DNA of 51,382 nucleotides from a virus (taxonomy: Duplodnaviria > Caudoviricetes). The notes beneath the pieces were generated by a model. The model saw only the letters and a list, made by a program, of their open reading frames with translations, was not told the DNA's origin and did no database searches. The translations under genes and the position numbers were made by a program. The stretch's first letter is position 1. Each line of letters begins with the position of its first letter. This document shows, one piece after another, positions 35,666 to 44,689 of the stretch. Where the stretch lies: the IMG/VR virus record IMGVR_UViG_3300030060_003808, positions 1 to 51,382 of that record. One strand, 5' to 3'.

Positions 35666-37150
35666 TTAGTAATATACTGTTCTGTTCTTCTTTAATAATC
35701 TCACCTCATCTTGGTAGTCTTCATTCAAAGATATAAAACCGCCTTGTCTAAATCTCATCAATGCCATTGTAGCACTATCGCAAAAGTCGTCATAATCGCC
35801 GAAAGGGAAGGATGCCATCTCTTCAATCACTTCATCTGCAAAATCTTTCTCTGGTGCCCATACCATGCCAGACTCAAATATGGGTGCAACACTGTTCATC
35901 CTAGCAATTTTATCCTGGCCTCTGCTCGGCGCATAAGAAGTTACAGGTATGCCCATTCTTCTCAGCTCATGTGTCAATGGTGTTCCAGACGCTTTGGCTT
36001 CAATTAAAACACAATCTGGCTCCCAATATCTATATTCTTCTAATGCCATTCTTTTAAGCTCTGGGAAGTCTACTCTTACTCTTTTTGCATCAAGTAATAT
36101 AATTTCATCTGCCTCGCCTTCTTCTCTGTTGAATATTGCCCAGGTTGTAATTGCTGAGTAATCAGCTGTTTCTTTTTTTGAAAAAGCGGTGTCATAACTT
36201 TGAATTACATAAGAATATGGCGGTATATCTGGGTTTTCCCATCGATTCCACCATTCTCTTTTAACAATAGAGCCTTCTTCCGCAGTTGGGTTTTGCATCC
36301 ATTGGCTATTCCATTTGGATATTGGCAAAGATGCTTTAACACCCAGGAGCTCCTCTTTTTTCCAAAATTCTGGCCATAAAGGATCTTCTGATTCTGGCAT
36401 AATTGCTGGAAACTCAATCACTTCCCATTGATCGGCATGATCCTCGCCTTGCCTGTTTAATACTTTTCCAACCAAATCTTTGGTGCTCCAACGTGTCATT
36501 ACTATCACGATTATTCCGCCTGGTTGTAGACGCTGCCTTGGACCAGAAGTGTACCATTCGTATGCGGACTCTAAGGCTTTTGGTGACATTGCATCTTGCT
36601 CTGAATGAGGATCATCAATAACCAAAAGATCAGCACCACGGCCTGTAATTGCACCACCCACGCCAGCTGCGAAAAACTCACCTTCTTGGTTGCTCGTCCA
36701 ACGGCCAGCTGATTTGTTATCCGCTTGTAACTGTAGCTCTGGAAAAACATGTTGGTAATCTTCGCTGCCGATAAGGTTTCTGACTTTACGACCGAACCTT
36801 ACAGCAAGTTCCGCTGTGTGTGTTGTCTGAATAATTTTTAAGTCGCCTCTTCTGCCCATCATCCAGGCCGGGAAAAATGTTGATGCAAACTCTGATTTTG
36901 AGTGCCTGGGCGGTAAACAAACAATCAATCTCTTGAGTTTACCATCTGCAATTCGATTGAATTTATCTGCTATTATTTTATGATGTCGGCCTTCAATAAA
37001 ATCTGGCCACATGTGTTTGATAAAAGACATGAAATCGGATTGGCAACTGTCTTGTTTCTCTAATTGATCGTATCGATTAATTAAAGCAAGCGCCTCGGCT
37101 TTATCTTGCTCAGACAGAATATCAAAATCTTTGTAGGAAACTTCACTCAT
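35666..37150 (-). CDS. terL: Terminase large subunit
   Basis: RLIVCLPPRHSKSE (Walker A), GAITGRGADLLVIDDP (Walker B), QSYDTAF, IEAKASG, DDFCDS nuclease motifs; start ATG 37150. Confidence 0.95.
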   Translation of the reverse strand: MSEVSYKDFDILSEQDKAEALALINRYDQLEKQDSCQSDFMSFIKHMWPDFIEGRHHKIIADKFNRIADGKLKRLIVCLPPRHSKSEFASTFFPAWMMGRRGDLKIIQTTHTAELAVRFGRKVRNLIGSEDYQHVFPELQLQADNKSAGRWTSNQEGEFFAAGVGGAITGRGADLLVIDDPHSEQDAMSPKALESAYEWYTSGPRQRLQPGGIIVIVMTRWSTKDLVGKVLNRQGEDHADQWEVIEFPAIMPESEDPLWPEFWKKEELLGVKASLPISKWNSQWMQNPTAEEGSIVKREWWNRWENPDIPPYSYVIQSYDTAFSKKETADYSAITTWAIFNREEGEADEIILLDAKRVRVDFPELKRMALEEYRYWEPDCVLIEAKASGTPLTHELRRMGIPVTSYAPSRGQDKIARMNSVAPIFESGMVWAPEKDFADEVIEEMASFPFGDYDDFCDSATMALMRFRQGGFISLNEDYQDEVRLLKKNRTVYY

Positions 37151-37216
37151 AAGCGAGCCGGGGGGCAAGGTAGTGACGTAAAAGACCACCCGACTCTAAG
37201 CGAAACCGCCTAGACG
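37151..37216 (-). other. Structured 5' leader of terL
   Basis: Hairpins CTAGGCG-gttt-CGCTTAG and GAGTCGGG...CCCGGCTC, the latter ending 4 nt before the ATG. Confidence 0.5.
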
Positions 37217-37231
37217 TAGTATTACACATCG

Positions 37232-37675
37232 CTAAATCTCGTGCCATGGTTCATTCATAAATAACAAACTTTCTGCCTCACGCCTACGGATCAAGCCATC
37301 CAGTGTCTTTCCGCCAGCTTTATTCCATCGTCGCATTTCGCTTGGTACTTTGGCAAAATTCTTGGCATTTATTTCTTTCAACATTGTAGAGGACTTGAGA
37401 TTAGTCGGTCCAAGGTTGTATGTCCAAGCAACCAATGAATCAAATTCATTCTGTTGCAGATCCACAGTCACCATATTGTTGACATAGCCCTCATACTCAA
37501 TCAGCTCATCTTCAAGCATTTTGTCCGCATCTTCTTGTGTAATGCAATCACCTTTGCAAACATTTTTTGTGTGGCCATAGCCAATAGTCCATACATCTAC
37601 TGCATCTTTGTATGCAGTTAGTTCACACCCCTCAAATTTTTTGATAAGTGCCTTTCCCTCTTCGGATATTTTCAT
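37232..37675 (-). CDS. Endolysin, GH24 lysozyme
   Basis: LIKKFEGC..TAY.D...VWTIGYGHT (E-D-T triad), FDSLV.W.YNLG, RWNKAGGK.L.GL.RRR.AE; start ATG 37675. Confidence 0.92.
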   Translation of the reverse strand: MKISEEGKALIKKFEGCELTAYKDAVDVWTIGYGHTKNVCKGDCITQEDADKMLEDELIEYEGYVNNMVTVDLQQNEFDSLVAWTYNLGPTNLKSSTMLKEINAKNFAKVPSEMRRWNKAGGKTLDGLIRRREAESLLFMNEPWHEI

Positions 37676-37676
37676 T

Positions 37677-38090
37677 TCATACTCCCCATGTTCCGTCCGA
37701 TCTAATCTTAGCGACTTTTTTACCGCCGTGATATTCAACAGCCAACTGTTCATCAATAAGAATAGCGCAGATATCCCGACCATCTTCACTGTACGGAATA
37801 CCCAAGATACGTCCGTATTTACCTTTGCCAAGCGATTTAACTTTGAATTTACCACTACATAACTCCTTTAATCGTTCTTTTGCTTTCAACCCTAAGACCT
37901 TTTCTTGTGCTCTTTCTGGATATCTTTTTGTGTTGATGCGACTCTCCGGGGTATCGATCCCGGCAAGTCGTATTCTTTGTTTGTGCAATCTGACTGAAAA
38001 TCCTAGGTCCAGCACACAATCCAAGGTGTCCCCATCTATTATTCTGTCTAGGGTTGCGTTATATACAAAAGCATCTGGCGCATCACTCAT
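37677..38090 (-). CDS. Thermonuclease (SNase-like)
   Basis: RIIDGDT, RIRLAGIDTPE, KYGRILG. Confidence 0.88.
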   Translation of the reverse strand: MSDAPDAFVYNATLDRIIDGDTLDCVLDLGFSVRLHKQRIRLAGIDTPESRINTKRYPERAQEKVLGLKAKERLKELCSGKFKVKSLGKGKYGRILGIPYSEDGRDICAILIDEQLAVEYHGGKKVAKIRSDGTWGV

Positions 38091-38472
38091 TTGTTTCTCC
38101 TTCTTTGGTTGTAACCATTCTATAATAGACTACGACATCTTTGAGCTCAGTGATGTATCGTTTGAGCTCTTGCATGTTGTAGGCCATCACTTCGTAATCC
38201 GGCACTGTCATTGCTAAAAATACAAGCTCACCTTCTTGTTCTTCGATGATTTTAAATTGTTCTGTGTAGTTTTCTGGCGTAATCGTCAACCATCTGACTT
38301 CCTTGAGATCTATTTCCCTAGGCATTACAGGCTGGACAATCGTTCTGTCTATTGGCTTCGATGTAACCTGTATTTCTTTAGTTGGAATTAGACTGCAACT
38401 GCAAGCCATCATCGAGATCATCAACAGTGCTGCTGAGTTTTTCGATGTCTTCCATGATATGTTTTGTGCCAT
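38083..38472 (-). CDS. o-spanin (Rz1-like lipoprotein); true start probably further downstream
   Basis: Hydrophobic stretch with lipobox-like MMACSC; overlaps the 3' end of the i-spanin. Confidence 0.6.
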   Translation of the reverse strand: MAQNISWKTSKNSAALLMISMMACSCSLIPTKEIQVTSKPIDRTIVQPVMPREIDLKEVRWLTITPENYTEQFKIIEEQEGELVFLAMTVPDYEVMAYNMQELKRYITELKDVVVYYRMVTTKEGETNE

Positions 38473-38773
38473 TGTTTATTTTCCTCTGCATTTCTACCGG
38501 ATCTGCAAGTATTTTAGCTGTCAATTTATAATTCTGAATAAACTGAGTGTATCTGTTGAGCTCTCTCATTGCCGCTTGACTTTTAACTGTCATGTCTTGG
38601 AGCTGTTGTGTTTGGAGTTGAAAATCATTCTCCAAGGTTTTGATTGTCTCTTCCTGGATTGCAACAGCTCCCTCCAGGCTTTTATTATTGGCTTGTAAAA
38701 CAATGTTTTCGTTATATAGCCAATAAGAGAGAGCACCCAATACCAATATAATTCCTATAAGTAACTGTTGCAT
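38378..38773 (-). CDS. i-spanin (Rz-like)
   Basis: N-terminal TM helix followed by coiled coil. Confidence 0.65.
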   Translation of the reverse strand: MQQLLIGIILVLGALSYWLYNENIVLQANNKSLEGAVAIQEETIKTLENDFQLQTQQLQDMTVKSQAAMRELNRYTQFIQNYKLTAKILADPVEMQRKINNGTKHIMEDIEKLSSTVDDLDDGLQLQSNSN

Positions 38774-39012
38774 TATAATCTTTTGATTATGTAGTTAAGG
38801 CCGCCAGCGCTTCTGTATTCAATCAATTTATTATCCTCATCTATAAATTTTAAGTGCCTATCTTTTTGAACCATGACTCTTTTCGATATATAAATTCTAT
38901 CATCGGCATCGCCATACTCTTTGTTCCAGGACACTGTAATTTCATATCTTGGCCTCATTAAGTTTATCAACCAAGTAAAAAACTTTTTAGCAGCTTTTTT
39001 TATACTGTCCAT
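38773..39012 (-). CDS. Hypothetical protein
   Basis: 79-aa coupled ORF. Confidence 0.6.
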   Translation of the reverse strand: MDSIKKAAKKFFTWLINLMRPRYEITVSWNKEYGDADDRIYISKRVMVQKDRHLKFIDEDNKLIEYRSAGGLNYIIKRL

Positions 39013-40766
39013 ATTGGCAGCTCATCCTTTTTACCTTTTACTTTAATCGATTCTAGTGATTTTAATACAAGTTTGCAATTCTTTGCAGTGTTCTCACCAA
39101 TCAATATATCTACACCTACGTCTTTTGTTGCGCTTTCTAATCTCGCCGCAGTATTAACTGGATCACCGATTGCTGAATAATCAAATCGAGTGTCAGATCC
39201 CATGTTACCTATGACAGCATTACCGGATTGACAGCCGACGCCCACTTGGACTGGATTGGATAATGTTTTGTTGAGCTCGTCTATTCCTTTTTGTATGTCT
39301 ATGGCCGCTTGAACAGCTTTGGTTTCATGTTCATCAAGATCCAAAGGAGCTCCAAAAATAAACATCCCGGCATCCCCAATAAATTTGTCGGTCATTCCTC
39401 CTAGTTTTTGCACAGCGTTTACTTGGACTGTCAAAGTTTTATTCATTATTTCGGTTACTTCTTCTGGAGATAATTTTTCACTGAGAGCTGTAAAACCACG
39501 AAGATCTGTAAAAAGATAAGTGCAGTATCTTTTTTCTCCGCCCAGCTTCAACAGATCTGGATTTTTTTGGAGCTGCTTAACTTGTCTTGGATCCAAATAA
39601 TGCTCAAATTGTTTTTTGATCTGTTGTCTCAGTTTATATTGTTTTCTGAAATTTAGATAAAAAGCGACAAAACCTACGATAAAACCAGCAATTAATGTCC
39701 AGGTAACATCAATTAAAAGCCCTTTTTGTATGGTTTGGTATCCAAAATAAGCGATTAGAGCGTTTATCAGCCCATAAGATACTAGACCAAGGGTAATGCC
39801 AAATACGTTCAATACGATCCAAATACAGCTTACTGAGAGCAAAAACAGTGCTATTTCTGCCAACAAAGCATAGTCTGGGATAATTGGGCTGTCTTGGATT
39901 AAAATTGACTCAGAAAGCGCAGCTTGTATTTTATGCGGTTCCAATAGGCCAGCTGGTGTCGCAACCTGTGGCATGATGCCTTTGGCCGTTACACCAACAA
40001 AAATAAAACGACCTTTGATGAGCTCAGTCTGTCTAATATCATTTAATGAAAATTGTGGCGTATCAACCCAGCTAATCCATTTTCTTCCCAGGGTGTCTGT
40101 TTTGACAGGAGGCAAGCCTTTAACTCGGACCTCTTGGATTCCAGCATCGGAGGTTTTAATTACATAAGTATCGGCACCAGCAAGGACTTTTAAGACTTCT
40201 GTTCCGTATGCACTCACCCAGCCATCTGGTGTTCTGAGCAACAATGGCATACGCCTTACCAGCTGATCTACTTCTGTGGGTGCTACCGCAATGCCCTGGT
40301 ATGCTGCTTCTCTTAATATCGGTATGTTCTGCACCACGCCTTTTGCTTTGAAACCGCCATGGTCTTGGCCCAAAATCACTGTTCCGGTTGTCATTGGGTA
40401 TTCGCCATTGTCGTTTTCAAATGTAGCCAATACGCTTGGTGCAGCTGCTAGGCTTTTTGCAAACTCTGAGTCACCACCAAATCTGTCATTCTGTGGAAAA
40501 GAGATTACCCAGCCAACTCCCAAGGCGCCTTGATCTAATAATTCATTTTGAATTTTTGCCAAGCGGTTTCGTGGAAACGGATAACCGCCTTCTTTTTCTA
40601 CGTCGTCTTCCGTAATGTTTAGTATCGAGAAATATCCAGAAGGTTTTTGTTCTGGAACCAATGTATCAAATGTTTTGAGTTTTAGTATTTCTAATGGAGT
40701 CCATTGTTGGACCAAAGGAGCTCCTAATAAAATGAGCAAAAAACCTAGCTGTATGGCTCTAATCAC
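39000..40766 (-). CDS. CHASE2-domain class III adenylate cyclase
   Basis: Periplasmic CHASE2 (GGYPFPRNRLA, DRFGGD..FA, DQLVRRMPL), three TM helices, cyclase motifs FTDLRGFT, DKFIGD, DYSAIGDPVNTAARLES (K/D pair indicates ATP specificity). Confidence 0.92.
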   Translation of the reverse strand: MIRAIQLGFLLILLGAPLVQQWTPLEILKLKTFDTLVPEQKPSGYFSILNITEDDVEKEGGYPFPRNRLAKIQNELLDQGALGVGWVISFPQNDRFGGDSEFAKSLAAAPSVLATFENDNGEYPMTTGTVILGQDHGGFKAKGVVQNIPILREAAYQGIAVAPTEVDQLVRRMPLLLRTPDGWVSAYGTEVLKVLAGADTYVIKTSDAGIQEVRVKGLPPVKTDTLGRKWISWVDTPQFSLNDIRQTELIKGRFIFVGVTAKGIMPQVATPAGLLEPHKIQAALSESILIQDSPIIPDYALLAEIALFLLSVSCIWIVLNVFGITLGLVSYGLINALIAYFGYQTIQKGLLIDVTWTLIAGFIVGFVAFYLNFRKQYKLRQQIKKQFEHYLDPRQVKQLQKNPDLLKLGGEKRYCTYLFTDLRGFTALSEKLSPEEVTEIMNKTLTVQVNAVQKLGGMTDKFIGDAGMFIFGAPLDLDEHETKAVQAAIDIQKGIDELNKTLSNPVQVGVGCQSGNAVIGNMGSDTRFDYSAIGDPVNTAARLESATKDVGVDILIGENTAKNCKLVLKSLESIKVKGKKDELPIWTV

Positions 40767-41472
40767 CTTGATTAATCGTCAATGTTTTATTGCAATTATT
40801 GGTGCAGTTATAATTTACTGTGATTGATTTATTGGTTGTTCCCGATTGACTTGCGGTGACATCGTAATCATCTGTGTAGAAATTTAATCTCATGTAATGA
40901 TCCCCGCTGCCTGTTTGTGTGATTGTGGCATCGTTGTTATCAGCCGAAGTGCTCGCATAAATCTTGGCGTAATGTTCTCCCGTTCCGGATTGATTGATAG
41001 AAAAATTGGAGCTGTCGCCAAAAGCACGGATCTCGCCTTCTTTATCATCGCCAGTTTGAGTTATGGAATACACGTTATTATCGCCTTGCATGTAGATTTC
41101 TGCATCGTTGTTGTTGCCATTCTGCACAACATCCATATCATTTCCATCATCGTCTGCATCGATATAACCAAAGTTATCATTGCCGTCCTGGTCAATCTTG
41201 TATTCATTTCCTGTGTGGTTGGCTACTTGGCTGTAAGCTCTGGCCGTGTTGCTCGTTCCTTCTTGGTCAATATCAATCGTAGCATTGCTGCAATTATGTG
41301 TGGTGTAAGTGCCTTGCGATAACCCGCACCAAACTCTTGCAGTATTACTGGTGCCAATTTGATCGATATGTATTAGCGAGGAGCTGCCTTTGGTTCTGAT
41401 CTCAACATTGTTGTCGCCCGCAACAGCAACAAAAGAAAATATACTAATCAGACTGATTGATAATAATTTCAT
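40759..41472 (-). CDS. Secreted curlin-repeat protein (CsgA/CsgB-like)
   Basis: Signal peptide, then ~22-aa repeats IDQ.G..N (IDQIGTSN, IDQEGTSN, IDQDGNDN, VVQNGNNN, ITQTGDD, INQSGTG). Confidence 0.75.
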   Translation of the reverse strand: MKLLSISLISIFSFVAVAGDNNVEIRTKGSSSLIHIDQIGTSNTARVWCGLSQGTYTTHNCSNATIDIDQEGTSNTARAYSQVANHTGNEYKIDQDGNDNFGYIDADDDGNDMDVVQNGNNNDAEIYMQGDNNVYSITQTGDDKEGEIRAFGDSSNFSINQSGTGEHYAKIYASTSADNNDATITQTGSGDHYMRLNFYTDDYDVTASQSGTTNKSITVNYNCTNNCNKTLTINQGD

Positions 41473-42535
41473 TTTCTCCGCCTCCATTGGTGGTTATGTT
41501 TATCTGCTTACCAGCAGAGAGTATCTGTATATTATATCCACCGGATTTATCTAATTCTAAATCAATGGTGTTTTCTACTTGCCTAACCAAAGTTAAGATT
41601 TCGCCTTCGACAAACGTATATACTTGTGCATCTTGGTCAAATCCAGCAATGATTCCTTCTATTCTCACGCCATCAATTTCACTAGCGTCTTGTTCTTTTT
41701 TACCTAAATCTTCAATGATTTCAAGTAGATCTTGTAGAAAATCGACGGCCAGTAAATCAATATCAAGCCTGGTAATCTCATCTTGTAGTTCATCTTCCGA
41801 TAAACCGCTGTCGTCGTCTAGGTCATTTTCCTCCAAAAAATCAGCATCCAAAACATTGCTCGACGAAGTGCTTTGATCTTCAACAGCTCTTTCAACTTCT
41901 TCTGGTGGGCTCACGATCAATAAATTATCAATAAAATTGAGCGATAAGTTTGCCAATACGACAGGTTGTGTCGGTGGTCTTTCTGCAACACTGACCATTG
42001 TGGCTTGGAATGGTTGATTCAAAACCTCGGTCCCGGCTATGGTTTCGACACTGATTGATCCAGAAGTGGTGCCGTCTGGGTTGGGAAGTAGAATTATAAG
42101 CGAGCGGCCGAGCTCATCGACTGTGGTTGTAAAATCAGTGCCTCTGATAAAAATTGAAGCACTCGGTGTCTCTATGGAGATGTTTTCTTTGTCTATTTTT
42201 CCCAGGGCGCCAGTAATAAAGCGGGCTGTTCCGCTGGCCATCTTGAGTGCCATTTTGCTTTTAGAAGGGTTAGGATCAAATATGTATTCATCAATAATGA
42301 TTTTAGAGTGCTCAGTAAGACGAATAACAGAAGAATCGAGAAACGTAATGCCAAGCCTACCATTGCCAGTCCGCACATCATCATAACTAAGAATGTCCAA
42401 AGAAGTTCTTGCGAGAAGTTTATCCGTTTGATCTGCTCGTAAAACTTCTCCATTGCCTCTGAGCTCAGATATCTCGCCCACTTGTGCATAAACATTGAAA
42501 GCCAGTGACGCTAGGATTAGCAGCCACTTGTGCAC
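41444..42535 (-). CDS. FecR-domain periplasmic protein
   Basis: Signal peptide; D.VRTGNG...ITFLD.S.IRLTEHS, G.ARF.TG, TPSASI.IRGTDF; acidic C-terminal half. Confidence 0.85.
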   Translation of the reverse strand: MHKWLLILASLAFNVYAQVGEISELRGNGEVLRADQTDKLLARTSLDILSYDDVRTGNGRLGITFLDSSVIRLTEHSKIIIDEYIFDPNPSKSKMALKMASGTARFITGALGKIDKENISIETPSASIFIRGTDFTTTVDELGRSLIILLPNPDGTTSGSISVETIAGTEVLNQPFQATMVSVAERPPTQPVVLANLSLNFIDNLLIVSPPEEVERAVEDQSTSSSNVLDADFLEENDLDDDSGLSEDELQDEITRLDIDLLAVDFLQDLLEIIEDLGKKEQDASEIDGVRIEGIIAGFDQDAQVYTFVEGEILTLVRQVENTIDLELDKSGGYNIQILSAGKQINITTNGGGENEIIINQSD

Positions 42536-43200
42536 TGATCTATGTCTATCGTTGCATTACTGGTGGTGGATGTAATTACCACAACGTCTGAAACACTGCC
42601 TGTGCTATTTGTTTGATCGATGTCTATGTTGTTCGTGGATCCGTCGATCTCAGCTGTGATTGAATGGTCAGAGTTTCCTGTTTGTGTCGTATCAATATCA
42701 TTAGAATCGCCATCAACATCCCAATTATTTATGCAGCCAACCACCTCACATGTTGCATTGAGATCATTTGAGTTTCCAGCAATTACGATGTCTTGATTAC
42801 CAGCGGTTGCGGTTGCTGCTGCACCTTGGGTAAATGTTACTGTGTTTGAATCACCTGTGGCCGCGTAATCGAAATCAGTGTTCGCTACATCTCCACTCGC
42901 ACCCAATGCCAATGTGGTTGTATTACTATCACCTGTAGTTGTAGCTGTAAAACTGGTGCTATTACCTTGGGCCACAGAAGCAGCCATGGTATTACTGTCA
43001 CCCACTTGGTCAATATCCACAGTCATGGATGTTCCTGTAAATGTTGCTCTCGTTTGTGATGTACCCACCTTGTTTGTGTCACCGATCTGATCTATATTCA
43101 TGGTCAACCCGGTTCCAGACTGAGTGATATAAATATCATTATTGCCAGCGTAAACTGTAGATACAGCAAACAATAAAATTAAACTAAGTATTTTCTTCAT
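42517..43200 (-). CDS. Secreted curlin-repeat protein (CsgA/CsgB-like)
   Basis: Signal peptide; repeats ITQSG, IDQIGDTN, IDQVGDSN, TTGDSN, ATGDSN, IAGNSN, VDGDSN, IDGSTN. Confidence 0.75.
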   Translation of the reverse strand: MKKILSLILLFAVSTVYAGNNDIYITQSGTGLTMNIDQIGDTNKVGTSQTRATFTGTSMTVDIDQVGDSNTMAASVAQGNSTSFTATTTGDSNTTTLALGASGDVANTDFDYAATGDSNTVTFTQGAAATATAGNQDIVIAGNSNDLNATCEVVGCINNWDVDGDSNDIDTTQTGNSDHSITAEIDGSTNNIDIDQTNSTGSVSDVVVITSTTSNATIDIDQCTSGC

Positions 43201-44005
43201 AACTAATGTCCCACAATTCTTCGTCAATACCTATTTGAATTAGATTATACACGGATTCTTCGATCGCAGCTTTTGTCGCATATCCCATGGGCTCATTTTC
43301 ACTATACCCGGTTTCTAGCTCAACGAGCTCCGTGCCCATTTCTATAAAACGAAACACATCTCTGCTCACGCCAGCGCTTAATATTGTTTTTGAAACCATC
43401 GTATTTAAAATGACTTCACCTGTTTGCACCAAGACAGCTCTCAAAGAAACAGTTATTTCGTCTTTACGCCACTGGTTATTTGAGCCAATTCCAAGGTATC
43501 TGGCCCCGTTTCCTCCGGTACCGATATTTGTATCATACTGTATAATCGCGCCTTCAATTATAATACCAGCAAATAATAGGGGTTTTAAAGTGTTGCCATT
43601 TTCACCATCATAACTTTGCCTGGTAGATTTTATGAGTTGACGTTCCCGTGTCAAAGCGTCTAAATTATTACGCTCAACGACTACAAACCAATTCCCTTTG
43701 CCCGCGCTTCTCAAGGAATCAATCAAATAATGGTCAGCTCCCTGGGTAACAGCGGTGCTAAATAATGCCATTTTCTGTGAGCTCTTGCGCTGTCCAGTCA
43801 AATCTTGAAACTTATATACGGCGACAACTGCTTTTTGATTGGGTGGCGGCAAATTAACCAGTTTTTCATGTGTTGGCCGCACAATTTTTGCTTCTTCAAC
43901 ACATTCTAAAAAACTGCCACAGCCAGTGCTGCCTACAGGTGCAAAGCTCGCACATCCATGCAAAATTGGCAATAAAACTATTAAATACCGCACTCGCCAG
44001 TACAT
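43184..44005 (-). CDS. csgG: Curli secretion channel CsgG
   Basis: Lipobox LHGC; LPPP...VAVYKFQDLTGQRK, FSTAVTQGA, WF.VVER..L..LT.ERQLI, EGAIIQYD, GARYLGIG, V.LR.V...TGEV, SKTILS. Confidence 0.92.
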   Translation of the reverse strand: MYWRVRYLIVLLPILHGCASFAPVGSTGCGSFLECVEEAKIVRPTHEKLVNLPPPNQKAVVAVYKFQDLTGQRKSSQKMALFSTAVTQGADHYLIDSLRSAGKGNWFVVVERNNLDALTRERQLIKSTRQSYDGENGNTLKPLLFAGIIIEGAIIQYDTNIGTGGNGARYLGIGSNNQWRKDEITVSLRAVLVQTGEVILNTMVSKTILSAGVSRDVFRFIEMGTELVELETGYSENEPMGYATKAAIEESVYNLIQIGIDEELWDISYEENT

Positions 44006-44454
44006 ACGCCAAATATCCCCACTGGAATTATTATTTCTGTGATATTTCCATCTGAATCAATCACTGTCAATGTTATGTTGATACCATCGTTCACAAAACT
44101 TATGGTATTGCCTTCGAGATCTATGGTCCCACCAGTGCCACCGCTTTCTGAGTTAAATAACGATTCTGCAATGTCTCTGGAGAGCTGCGAGTAAATTCTG
44201 GATTCTAGGTTTCGTAAAAATTTTGCAAGCGTTGTGTTCTCGGCTTCACGCTCTGCTTCTTTTAAAGCATCTTCTACTTCTTGTGCAATTTCGTCACGCC
44301 TGGTCTTTTCTTGCTCATCGATCGTTAAATAATGTGAGGAGCTCCCAATACCAGAAAAACTTGGGCTTTTGAATTGATGTACGATCTCATCCGATATAAC
44401 ATTCGGTGATAAAAAGATAGCTACATATAACCAATAGTTATTCCTTTTTTTCAT
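43981..44454 (-). CDS. csgF: Curli assembly factor CsgF
   Basis: Signal peptide, mature N-terminus EIVHQFKSPSFSG (cf. FQFRNPNFGG), F..NLESRIYSQLS; adjacent to csgG. Confidence 0.8.
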   Translation of the reverse strand: MKKRNNYWLYVAIFLSPNVISDEIVHQFKSPSFSGIGSSSHYLTIDEQEKTRRDEIAQEVEDALKEAEREAENTTLAKFLRNLESRIYSQLSRDIAESLFNSESGGTGGTIDLEGNTISFVNDGINITLTVIDSDGNITEIIIPVGIFGVCTGECGI

Positions 44455-44689
44455 TTTTCTCTTGCTCTCTAAGACGCACCACTGTATCGACTTTCTCTTT
44501 CAATCGTATCATATCCTGGTCTAGCAGTCGAAGCTGGTCGGTGAGCCTTATGATTGTGACTCGCATCTCTTCCACAGCTGGATCAATGATTCTAGTGATT
44601 GTCTGCCAAACAAAGAAAACAAAATAGCCTAGACCTATGGCCATGACTGTAGGAAAACCAAACTTCTGAACGAGCTCCACAATATCCAT
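44438..44689 (-). CDS. Small membrane protein (TM + coiled coil)
   Basis: LVQKFGFPTVMAIGLGYFVFFVW, then LDQDMIRL; paralog-like to the next gene. Confidence 0.65.
   Translation of the reverse strand: MDIVELVQKFGFPTVMAIGLGYFVFFVWQTITRIIDPAVEEMRVTIIRLTDQLRLLDQDMIRLKEKVDTVVRLREQEKNEKKE

Noticed and set aside
37676-37855. 60-aa N-terminal extension of the lysozyme (possible SAR anchor)
   Set aside because: It lies inside the thermonuclease gene in another frame; ATG 37675 has an SD (GGGGAG) and gives a canonical MKISEEG start.
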